A stretch of DNA of 64,000 nucleotides from Peptococcaceae bacterium (lineage in GTDB: Bacteria > Bacillota > Desulfitobacteriia > Desulfitobacteriales > Syntrophobotulaceae), in the NCBI GenBank assembly GCA_009783315.1, contig WRHI01000003.1, forward strand, positions 1,417 through 65,416, given 5' to 3'. Position numbers and translations under genes: made by a program. The notes under the pieces were generated by a model. It was given only the letters and a program-made list of their open reading frames with translations. It was not told the DNA's origin and searched no databases. Shown in pieces: positions 43,120-51,062 of the stretch; the first letter of the stretch is position 1, and every line of letters begins with the position of its first letter.

Positions 43120-44721
43120 CCTAACTTCCCCACTCCCGCCATCAATGCTAAGCAGATCTCCTGTCTGAATAACAGAGGTTGAGCGGGTGACCGCCACCAC
43201 GGCGGGGATTTTGAGCTCGCGGGAGACGATAGCTGTATGGGATAACAGGGAGCCTTTCTCCGCCACAATACCGGCGGCCATAGTCAGCAAAAAGACCCAG
43301 CCCGGGTCAGTGGTCTTGGTGACAATGATTTTGCCTTTGACATCCACATTGTCATGGGGGGATTCAAGAACCACCGCCGCCGCTGTGACGTTGCCAAAAG
43401 AGGCGCCGACACCCTGAAAGATTCCTGTCCAGTCGGGGGTTATTTTGCTCTCAAGCAGTTCTCCGCCGCGGAAGACGAGGCGCGGCTGCGTCGGTAGGCG
43501 GGCATAAGACGTGTATTCCTCGCGGCGTTGGGCGATGATTCCCTTGAAGTCTTCGGCGCCGCCGCCGGGATTATCCCAAGCGGCAATTTCCCCTACCGTG
43601 AGATAGAAGACATCTGTGGGCGCATCGAGGCAGCCGTCCCGATGGAGGTTGGCTCCGATCGTCAGGAAGATCCGCCGTACCATGCCATAAATGCGACTGC
43701 GGTTAAGACGGGAGATTTCGCGGTTTTTGATACCCAGACGCGCTCTTTTGGCGATAAAACTGTTGCGCAGAGGCAGGGTTTCTTGGCGGCGTAAGCCGTC
43801 AACGATCTGATCAAGCTTGGCTGGGTCGGCGGCGTATTCGCGGATTTTGGCCTCAAGGAGTGAGGGGTCTTCCCGGTATGTGACGGTTTCCAGTTTAAGT
43901 TCGCCGGGGCAACGGTCTCCGTACAGGGCCAGGTATTCGCGCACCTCGGCGGTGTCCGAAAGAGTGGGTTCGGGAGATGCTGCTTCGGCGCCGGTTTCCG
44001 CGGAATTCGCGGCGGCATAGTGTTGGGCGATGTCCAGGAGTTTTGTCAGGGGTTTCAGGCTTTCCAACGCCGTGATGCCGGCTATGCTTTGGGTGACGTC
44101 CGACCCTTGGCGCGCCAGCCGGCGTTTGAGCAGCCCCGTCCAGATGAAGGCGTACATGTCGTTGGCCAGGGTAACGGACCATCGGGTTAAGACGGTGTCC
44201 TTGATTTCTTGGAAAAGAGCCAGCAGTTCTTCGTTGGTCATGGTTTCTTGATAGGTTTCCGCAAAGGTGTTTTGCACGGCTTGAAAGTCACGGTTGAGGC
44301 GATCCATTTCCCGGGGAACGCTGAGGGCGAGCTTCAGTATGCGTCCGTTCATGGCGGCTTTTTGCCGCAGGGTGAATTTGTGACGGATGCCCAGATAGAT
44401 GTCGGTGTTTTGGACTCCCATCATGTCTTGCCAGATCGGAATGATTTTGCGTGAGAAAGGAAGAAAGTCAATCAGGGAGTACCAATTGTTGATGCGATAA
44501 TAGACCCGACCCTGATAGTCTGCGATCATATTAGCAAAAATATCGCTGTATTTGTCCAGGACGACGTCATTTTTTAGGATGGTCCCGACCAAACCCCGGA
44601 AGACGCCTTCATAAGCGATGCGGATGAAGGCATGGGTCAGGGGCAGGGTTAGGCCGGGGTAGCTTTCCACGATGTTGCTGTTGTCGAGCACGGTCCATTC
44701 TGTATGGTTCATAGCATCCAC
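43102..44721 (-). CDS. PEP-utilizing enzyme homolog lacking the ATP-grasp domain (central domain plus swivel His domain)
   Basis: 539 aa. The N-terminus VESYPGLTLPLT aligns with the central domain of the 825 aa paralog. C-terminal TTDPGW...AEKGSLLSHTAIVSRELKIPAVV. Confidence 0.8.
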   Translation of the reverse strand: MDAMNHTEWTVLDNSNIVESYPGLTLPLTHAFIRIAYEGVFRGLVGTILKNDVVLDKYSDIFANMIADYQGRVYYRINNWYSLIDFLPFSRKIIPIWQDMMGVQNTDIYLGIRHKFTLRQKAAMNGRILKLALSVPREMDRLNRDFQAVQNTFAETYQETMTNEELLALFQEIKDTVLTRWSVTLANDMYAFIWTGLLKRRLARQGSDVTQSIAGITALESLKPLTKLLDIAQHYAAANSAETGAEAASPEPTLSDTAEVREYLALYGDRCPGELKLETVTYREDPSLLEAKIREYAADPAKLDQIVDGLRRQETLPLRNSFIAKRARLGIKNREISRLNRSRIYGMVRRIFLTIGANLHRDGCLDAPTDVFYLTVGEIAAWDNPGGGAEDFKGIIAQRREEYTSYARLPTQPRLVFRGGELLESKITPDWTGIFQGVGASFGNVTAAAVVLESPHDNVDVKGKIIVTKTTDPGWVFLLTMAAGIVAEKGSLLSHTAIVSRELKIPAVVAVTRSTSVIQTGDLLSIDGGSGEVRLLKEA

Positions 44722-45611
44722 CTTGTGGCAATAAGGGCCATTTCAATCAGGACGACAGGGGTTTCGGTAATCAGTTCGTAGATTTCGACGCGGCTGACCA
44801 ACTTGAAGCGCTCCGGATTTTTCATGTATTTCACGCATTGGGCCACAAACCACAGGTAGGCCGCGACCACGGCGATGAGACCCCAGCTCCACAGTTCGTA
44901 CATTAATTTGGCGCTGGTAATGAGGTCAAGGGTGAGGATGATGAGAATGATGGCGGTAATTTTTTTGTAGCCGTAGAGTTTGGAGTAGGTGGTATAGGCG
45001 GTTTCGTCCTTGGGCGCGCGGGTTTTGCGGGCAATTTCCCAGATGAGGGCCGGCCAGTAGAGGGTGAGGGCGATGAGCACGTTGTTCAGGGTTAAGAGGG
45101 GCAGGCCGTATTTGAGGCAGGTGAAAGAGATAATGTAGATGTTGATAATGACGTCCACAGGATTATGGGTGAGCAAAGCCATAGGCAAGCTCTTTTGGAT
45201 TTTGGACCGGGCAAAAAACCATACGGACATGAGTGTGCCGTAGATCATCAGCCCGGCGTAGAACAGAAGATTGTTCATAAAGAGAATGTTGAGGGGGATG
45301 GCGACGGTGTTGATGGCAATCAGCAGAATGGCCAGATCGGTTTTCTTAACGCGGCCGGAGGGCAGAGGTCTGTCGGGGAACAGAATTCTGTCGGTTTTAT
45401 AGTCTTTGAAATCGTCAGCTATGCGCAGGCTTAATAGGAAGGCAGCGACAGTGTAGCAGCCGATGATTTCCTGGATGCCGATGTGAAACATGCCTACGTC
45501 GGTGATCAGGATGATCAGGAAATAGATCTCGAAAAAGAGGACGACGGAAACGGCGGAGAGTTTGATGGGCGGCAGCATTTCTTTCAGGTAGATGTTCAGG
45601 CGTTTAAACAT
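44709..45611 (-). CDS. UbiA-family-like integral membrane prenyltransferase
   Basis: About 8 TM helices. The first Asp-rich motif ADDFKDYKTD...DRPLPSGRV fits (N/A)DxxDxxxD...RPL. The second motif is degenerate. Overlaps both neighbours. Confidence 0.65.
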   Translation of the reverse strand: MFKRLNIYLKEMLPPIKLSAVSVVLFFEIYFLIILITDVGMFHIGIQEIIGCYTVAAFLLSLRIADDFKDYKTDRILFPDRPLPSGRVKKTDLAILLIAINTVAIPLNILFMNNLLFYAGLMIYGTLMSVWFFARSKIQKSLPMALLTHNPVDVIINIYIISFTCLKYGLPLLTLNNVLIALTLYWPALIWEIARKTRAPKDETAYTTYSKLYGYKKITAIILIILTLDLITSAKLMYELWSWGLIAVVAAYLWFVAQCVKYMKNPERFKLVSRVEIYELITETPVVLIEMALIATRWML

Positions 45612-46458
45612 AGCTTTCTCCGATCTTTTCGCCCCGGGTGACTTTGGTTTCGATCCCTTGGACTGAGTGGGCCAGGATGTCTGGGTCGATGATGGCGGCG
45701 TCTTGTTTTAGCAGAAGCACGATGCTGGAACCGCCAAATTCGAAGTAGCCTTTTTCGTCACCTTTGCGGGCCGGCGCGCCGGTGTGGGTCTGGATGATAC
45801 GGCCTACCAGCATGGCGCCCACTTCCGCCCAGACGATCCGGCCGAAACGGGCGGTTTGCCAGACGGAGACGTCGCGGGCATTCGAGGACAAGGTAAAGCG
45901 ACCGGTGGCGTTGGTGTTGACGGAGTCCAGGAAACCTCTGACGTGTTTGCGGCTTTCCAGAAGGCTGTCGTCAACGAAGCAGAACCGATGGTCGTCGTAA
46001 ACTCTCAGGCGGAAAACCAGACAGACGCCGCCTGTGTACGTCTGGGCCAGGGTGTCGTCGCGGAGAAAGCGGGCCAGGGTGTAAAGTTTGTTTTTTACGG
46101 TCAGCGTCGCGCCGGGGTTGATGGGGTAGGCCGACATACAGCTGTCCGCCGGCGCGATAAGGTGGTTGGGGTTCTGGTCAATGGTCTCGCGGGTGCGTTT
46201 TCTGGTGATAAAGTCGTTAAAACTGTTGTATCCGGACGGGTAATCCCTCATGTCAATGTTATAGGCGGCTATGAAGGAGGCGATTCTGTTCCGGGAACGC
46301 CGGGTTCTTTGGCCGAGGCCATAAAGTTTGCTGACCAGGGGCAAACGCAGAAACAGGACGCAGAGGCCCCCTAGGGTGGTGTTGTATAGAAAGCCCATGA
46401 GGCTATTTTGATAGACGATCTCCGGCGCGGTGACGCCCGTTTTCCTGTCATGAATCAT
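45604..46458 (-). CDS. psd: phosphatidylserine decarboxylase proenzyme
   Basis: The self-cleavage motif FEFGGSSIVLL (GS[ST] type) lies near the C-terminus. ATG 46458 overlaps the pssA stop (ATGA). The longer track ORF lacks support. Confidence 0.85.
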   Translation of the reverse strand: MIHDRKTGVTAPEIVYQNSLMGFLYNTTLGGLCVLFLRLPLVSKLYGLGQRTRRSRNRIASFIAAYNIDMRDYPSGYNSFNDFITRKRTRETIDQNPNHLIAPADSCMSAYPINPGATLTVKNKLYTLARFLRDDTLAQTYTGGVCLVFRLRVYDDHRFCFVDDSLLESRKHVRGFLDSVNTNATGRFTLSSNARDVSVWQTARFGRIVWAEVGAMLVGRIIQTHTGAPARKGDEKGYFEFGGSSIVLLLKQDAAIIDPDILAHSVQGIETKVTRGEKIGESYV

Positions 46459-47171
46459 CGCAGACACCATATGAGGATGAGCAGAACCGCCAAAGCGGGG
46501 AAGATCGCGTACCAGACGCCTTTGGGTTTGGGAATGCCGATATTGAGGACGTAGAGAACGCCGACAGCGGCGAGGGCGCTCAGGCTCGCCCATTCAGCGG
46601 CAAAGAGCAGAACCACAGGTAGGATTAGGGCGATATAGGTTACCGGCAAACCGCGGTAGTGGGAAGCAGGTCTTGGGTTCGGGGGGGGCGGTGGCTCGGG
46701 GATCGGGTGATCGGGGTTCGAAGGGTCGGGGTTGGCAGGATCCGGCGCCGTGGTGTTGTAATAAGCGAGTCTGATGACGGCGCAAAGGATGTAGAATCCG
46801 TAGATGATGAGAGCGTACCACGCCGCGCTGACTGTGGCGAAAGCTATGATAATGGGAGTCATGCCGAAGCTAACAACGTCGGCCACCGTGTCCAATTGTA
46901 CACCAAAAGCTTTGGCGGCGTCGGTGCGCGTGATTTTTCGGGCAACGAAACCATCGAACAAATCGCAGATACCGGCGATCATGAGGCAGACAACAGCGGT
47001 TTTGAGGGTTCCCATCAAAGCGAAGCAGCAGCTTGCCAGGGAAAAGAGCAGACCGAGCAAGGTCAGATAATTGGCCAGGTTGTAATGGCCGATCAGGATT
47101 AGCTTTTTTGAAGGGGGATTGTCTGATATAGAGGGAGTCTTGTGTGTGTGTGGGTTCTTGGCTGCACGCAA
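46455..47171 (-). CDS. pssA: CDP-alcohol phosphatidyltransferase (phosphatidylserine synthase type)
   Basis: Motif DLFDGFVARK.......FGVQLDTVADVV equals DGxxARx8Gx3Dx3D. TTG start lies 7 nt after GGAGG. Carries a Pro-rich insert TTAPDPANPDPSNPDHPIPEPPPPPNPRP. Confidence 0.85.
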   Translation of the reverse strand: MRAAKNPHTHKTPSISDNPPSKKLILIGHYNLANYLTLLGLLFSLASCCFALMGTLKTAVVCLMIAGICDLFDGFVARKITRTDAAKAFGVQLDTVADVVSFGMTPIIIAFATVSAAWYALIIYGFYILCAVIRLAYYNTTAPDPANPDPSNPDHPIPEPPPPPNPRPASHYRGLPVTYIALILPVVLLFAAEWASLSALAAVGVLYVLNIGIPKPKGVWYAIFPALAVLLILIWCLR

Positions 47172-47345
47172 TTTCTTGCCTCCGTTGCGAACGACTTAAC
47201 TCATTCGAATTGTATAACAAAATAACAAATAATTCAACAAAAAACTCAGTTGTTAGGCAAGGCAGACTGATTGCTTCAAGCATACAATAATCATGGCACA
47301 ATCCTCGGTGTATACGGCGTCTTCAGAGCGCATTAATCCCGATTC

Positions 47346-47978
47346 TTGAGGATTAGGATCAAGAAGCGCCCCTTTGATTTTGATCAAACTGAGAGAAAGG
47401 ATTCACTCTTTATGGCCCTCATCTGCCCTGCGGGATACCCTGTTATTGATCCCAAAATGGACTGTTATGCTTATGATCTGTTTGCCTATCATAGGAAAGA
47501 TGTTCGTCTGCCTTTATGCTTTTATCTGGAATTTGCTTCGCGGCTGGTTTCTGGTGAAAACGTTGGCGCCCGCAACACCACAGAAACACCTGTTGGAATA
47601 CTGCTGCTTCCTTTGCTCACAATACATGTATCATCCAGTTTTTATGTCATTGTCATTATTGATGTAGTGTATGATCTTATGATCAAAAGAAAGGCAATTC
47701 CGGAGGTCTCTCACGATGGACTTCCTGAAAATCCTAATGTGGAAGACATTTTTCCGACTCCCGGACTTGATATTTATCTGGCTATCAGCGGCGATTTTGA
47801 AAAGGAAAATCCGCGGGCCTCAACATGGTTTCATTATCTTCTCGCCTGTTTTAAGACTGTACCTGCTTGGGCGCCTCCGGTCTTAGCCTTTATCCTTTAT
47901 GTGATTGATAAGATGTCCCAGAGCAAAAACAGGTACAAAGGTGAATATTTTAAAAGTGCAGGAAGCGACAAAAAATAA
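47346..47978 (+). CDS. hypothetical membrane-anchored protein; C-terminal ~75 aa paralogous to the ORF at 49451-50086
   Basis: The shared C-terminal pattern is FP.PG......I...F......ST.F.Y.....F...P.W.PPV.A.I.Y. The start is uncertain, and the stop lies inside repeat copy 3. Confidence 0.4.
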   Translation: MRIRIKKRPFDFDQTERKDSLFMALICPAGYPVIDPKMDCYAYDLFAYHRKDVRLPLCFYLEFASRLVSGENVGARNTTETPVGILLLPLLTIHVSSSFYVIVIIDVVYDLMIKRKAIPEVSHDGLPENPNVEDIFPTPGLDIYLAISGDFEKENPRASTWFHYLLACFKTVPAWAPPVLAFILYVIDKMSQSKNRYKGEYFKSAGSDKK

Positions 47979-48107
47979 ATAGAAATATCCACTGCGGGGT
48001 TTTCCCGCAACCGAATGGTGAATGGAGATGGATATTATGTGGGCTCGTAACAGTCCCGAGGTAGGGTTTGGTGAGCGGGAGACTCCAAAAGCCCGCGAAC
48101 TTTTTTC
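47941..48107 (-). repeat. ~310 bp dispersed repeat, copy 3: inverted and truncated within the hairpin core (one arm only)
   Basis: It is the reverse complement of about 38300-38475 (gtgcaggaagcgacaaaaaataaatagaaata...cccgaggtagggtttggtgagcgggagactccaaaagcccgcgaac). Confidence 0.85.
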
Positions 48108-48169
48108 ACCTTGTTGTTTGTTATCTCTTCATGCACTTTTAAATATGCACCCCAGGTACAAAGAGCAGG

Positions 48170-48198
48170 TTGTCAAAACTGCAAACATATGATAGACT
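48170..48198 (+). promoter_or_regulatory. candidate sigma-A promoter for tRNA-Ala
   Basis: TTGTCA, a 17 nt spacer, then TAGACT, about 30 nt upstream of the tRNA. Confidence 0.4.
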
Positions 48199-48227
48199 GG
48201 TACAAGTTCCAAACAGATTCACGACAT

Positions 48228-48303
48228 GGGGGTATAGCTCAGCTGGGAGAGCGCCAGAATCGCACTCTGGAGGCCAGCGGTTCGATTCCGCTTACCTCCA
48301 CCA
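48228..48303 (+). tRNA. tRNA-Ala (anticodon CGC), CCA encoded
   Basis: Hand-folded cloverleaf. Acceptor GGGGGTA/TACCTCC with the G3:U70 alanine identity pair. D arm GCTC-AGCTGGGA-GAGC. Anticodon arm CCAGA-ATCGCAC-TCTGG. T arm AGCGG-TTCGATT-CCGCT. 3' ACCA. Confidence 0.9.
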
Positions 48304-48472
48304 TAGTACACCAATTGACAACTCTTAATTTTAGGGGTTGTCGTTTTCGTTTTAGCTAAAAAGATGGCTGAATTACTGTTTTCTCAGGGGCACTTGATAA
48401 CGCTCTCGGATTTGTTGTATCCTTAGTAACGGATACGTCGAAAATCTATGAGTGTTTTGGGAGGCATGTCCG

Positions 48473-48928
48473 ATGAACAAGAAATATATTCTGGCGCTGC
48501 TGGCGGTTGTGGGTATTATCGCCTTGTGCTTATGGCTCCCGGGTTTGTTTGATCAGACAATTGATGCGCCGGAGAATGAGCGTATTGATATTCTGAACAG
48601 CTTCGACGATGTTGCGGAGTATATACGGCAGAACGGACGGCTTCCCGCCAATTATATAACCAAAGCCCAAGCAACAGCCGCGGGCTGGGTTGCTTCCGAG
48701 GGGAATCTGGCGGAGGTGGCGCCGGGAAAGAGTATTGGGGGAGACATATACAGAAACGCTGAAGGTGCTCTGCCCGCGGCGCCAGGAAGAATCTGGTATG
48801 AAGCGGATATCAATTATACATCGGGATTCAGAGGGAGCGACAGGATCCTCTATTCCAACGATGGACTGATTTATGGGACGACAGATCATTACGCGACGTT
48901 TATCGTGATAAAGCCGGAGGATATATGA
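48473..48928 (+). CDS. barnase-type secreted ribonuclease
   Basis: Close similarity to B. amyloliquefaciens barnase: LP.NYITK..A...GWVAS.GNLA.VAPGKSIGGDI..N.EG.LP......W.EADINYTSGFR.SDRILYS.D.LIY.TTDHY.TF. An N-terminal signal/TM segment is present. ATG 48473 lies 8 nt after GGGAGG. Confidence 0.9.
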   Translation: MNKKYILALLAVVGIIALCLWLPGLFDQTIDAPENERIDILNSFDDVAEYIRQNGRLPANYITKAQATAAGWVASEGNLAEVAPGKSIGGDIYRNAEGALPAAPGRIWYEADINYTSGFRGSDRILYSNDGLIYGTTDHYATFIVIKPEDI

Positions 48929-49200
48929 GCAATATCGTTATTCTGAGAAGCGAAGAATTTGCCAGTATTGATGAATTGCATCAGTTGTTAATGGAAAGGT
49001 TGGCGCTGCCGGGTTATTATGGCAAAAACCTTGACGCCTTGTGGGATTGCCTGACCGGGTGGATAAAACTGCCAACTACGATCCTCTGGCTTGGCTATGA
49101 GAACAGCGCGCGAAAGGTCGGCCCTTGCGCGGAGAAGGTGGCGGAGGTTTTTCGAGAGGCGGAGCGGGAAGTTGAGGGTTTTACTTTTATCAGATATTAG
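48925..49200 (+). CDS. barstar (barnase inhibitor)
   Basis: Contains LH..L...L.LP.YYG.NLDALWDCLTGW...P....W, near-identical to the barstar core. Overlaps the barnase stop by 4 nt. Confidence 0.9.
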   Translation: MSNIVILRSEEFASIDELHQLLMERLALPGYYGKNLDALWDCLTGWIKLPTTILWLGYENSARKVGPCAEKVAEVFREAEREVEGFTFIRY

Positions 49201-49362
49201 TACTCCGCCAAGTCCAAATCACTTAAATGGATTGCAAGTATTTAGACACGATGCAAGGAAGAACCGACGACGAATACCGGGTGTCTTCTAGGAGGATCTT
49301 ATGAAGCAGCGTGTCGAAAGACGCCGCAAGACATTAAGTGATTTTGGCTTGGCGGAGTACTA
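49198..49362. repeat. long inverted repeat (29 bp arms with one indel, ~107 nt core) starting at the barstar stop codon
   Basis: Left arm tagtactccgccaagtccaaatcacttaa (49198-49226). Right arm ttaagtgattttggcttggcggagtacta (49334-49362). Confidence 0.9.
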
Positions 49363-49450
49363 GTCCACCGAATCATCAAACACACAATGAAATATACGCA
49401 TATACTGAAACACAAAGATGAAATGACTATAGCAAGGGAAGCGATGGGCA

Positions 49451-50086
49451 ATGCCGAGAAGAGCGCTTGTTGATCAGAATCCTCTGGAGTATCCGCTCTC
49501 CCCTTTGAGGTTGAGTCTCAGTTTGGTCACTGATTTGACCCACCAGGACGTGGGGCCTTCTTCTGGTGTTATTTTTAATATCATCAACTGTAATATTCCC
49601 TACGCGTATTTTCTTGTTGTGTTTCTTGACGCTCTTTCCGCTATGGCCGTCAAACACTCATTTTTTACGGAAAGCCAGATGCCGGCCCTTTTTGAAACAG
49701 CCTGGCGAAACCCGGGGCAGGCGATGGGGCAGGCGATGGGACAGGGACAGGGATTGGGGCAGGAGCAGGGATTGGGACAGGGATTGGGGCAGGGGCAGAG
49801 GCAGGGGGAGCGCAGTCCGGTACAGTTCCCTGGGGTGCCATCGCCTGATCAATCGTCCCCTCAAGAGGATTCGTCTTCCGACCCTCTTTTTCCCCAGGGC
49901 ATCGGCGTCAATCTGCTGATTGACACACCTTTTCGCATCCGGGACAGAGATTCTTCCACAGTATTCGTCTATCAGATCATGGATTTTCCGAAAGCTCCTC
50001 CCTGGATTCCGCCTGTCATCGCCCTGATTATTTATATTGTCACCTGTATACAATCCCTAGAGAAGAGGAGAAAACACACAGAATAA
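49451..50086 (+). CDS. hypothetical protein with a (G-Q/L)-rich low-complexity region; C-terminus paralogous to 47346-47978
   Basis: An ORF with GQAMGQAMGQGQGLGQEQGLGQGLGQGQRQG encoded by a degenerate GGGCAG/GGGACA repeat (about 49715-49805). Has a C-terminal TM helix. The start is uncertain. Confidence 0.4.
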   Translation: MPRRALVDQNPLEYPLSPLRLSLSLVTDLTHQDVGPSSGVIFNIINCNIPYAYFLVVFLDALSAMAVKHSFFTESQMPALFETAWRNPGQAMGQAMGQGQGLGQEQGLGQGLGQGQRQGERSPVQFPGVPSPDQSSPQEDSSSDPLFPQGIGVNLLIDTPFRIRDRDSSTVFVYQIMDFPKAPPWIPPVIALIIYIVTCIQSLEKRRKHTE

Positions 50087-50195
50087 AATTTTCCTGACAG
50101 TCTATAAACAGATCCAACCTCATATACATTTAACATCCGTCAAGCGGAAATCCTGATCAGCTACGGGGTTGGCTGTTAAAGAGGGTGGACAGGCG

Positions 50196-51059
50196 ATGAA
50201 TCCTCTGGACAAGTGGGATGACTGGGAATGGGAAAGGGCTGCCCAAGAGCTGACCCGCCCCCATGATGAAATTAAAAACGGCGGCAGCCGCACCGCCGGC
50301 GACAATTACGGCGGATATGGCGGGGCCCGCAGGAGCGGCAAGAGTGGCGGCTTCGGCGGTTTTGGCGGTTTCGGCGGCTATAACAGGAACAGCCGCAATA
50401 CGGGATTCTCTTATAAACGGGATTCCCGTAAAGGAAGTCGTTCCAATCTGAATCTGCTGAAATGGACGGGAAGTCAGCGGCGTGTTGCGATCGCGGCGGT
50501 CTTTTTCCTGTTGGTTTTGTTTAGCTCCTATGGAGCCGATAAGCTTTCGCAAACGGTCTATAACGCGTATCAGGCGGGTATGGGCAACGACTCTTATCCT
50601 GTTATCAGCAACATGATTTCTGACGCGTTGGGGTTGACCGGCGGCGACGCTTTGCCTGTGGATGCTCAGTCACGGGTTTTTTATCCGCCTGTAGCCGGAG
50701 CGGTGAAAGTGGCTTTCAAGGCCAAAAACGATCAGGGCAAAACAAACCAAGGGGTTTGTATCGGCAGTTCTCTCGGAACCACGGTCTATTCCCCGGGTAC
50801 CGGCGTGGTTATGGAAGTGGGGACGGATGAGGCGATGGGCCATTTTGTTCGCGTCAAGCTTGACGATGGCTGGGAAACCCTTGTTGCCAATCTGGGAGAT
50901 ATCTGGGTCGTCAAAGGGGATCCTGTACAGAAAGGCGGCGTCCTTGGCACTGTGGGGACTTCAGCCAGCCATCGCAATCCGTGGATCTATCTGGAACTGC
51001 GCAAAAACGGCAAAGCTGTGGATCCTTTGTTGTATTTGCTGCAAGGGGAGGCTGCCTGA
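50196..51059 (+). CDS. spoIVFA: M23/LytM-domain membrane protein, SpoIVFA-like
   Basis: One TM (VAIAAVFFLLVLF). The C-terminal LytM fold reads G.F..V..........G..I.......VYSPGTGVV..VG.....G..V.V....GW.T...NL....V..GD.V..G..LG. It sits directly upstream of spoIVFB. Confidence 0.55.
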   Translation: MNPLDKWDDWEWERAAQELTRPHDEIKNGGSRTAGDNYGGYGGARRSGKSGGFGGFGGFGGYNRNSRNTGFSYKRDSRKGSRSNLNLLKWTGSQRRVAIAAVFFLLVLFSSYGADKLSQTVYNAYQAGMGNDSYPVISNMISDALGLTGGDALPVDAQSRVFYPPVAGAVKVAFKAKNDQGKTNQGVCIGSSLGTTVYSPGTGVVMEVGTDEAMGHFVRVKLDDGWETLVANLGDIWVVKGDPVQKGGVLGTVGTSASHRNPWIYLELRKNGKAVDPLLYLLQGEAA

Positions 51060-51062
51060 GCC

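Noticed and set aside
48306-48360. Terminator after tRNA-Ala (gacaac...gttgtc followed by gttttcgtttt)
   Set aside because: The stem is only 5-6 bp and the loop is 14 nt. It is plausible but too weak to list as a feature.
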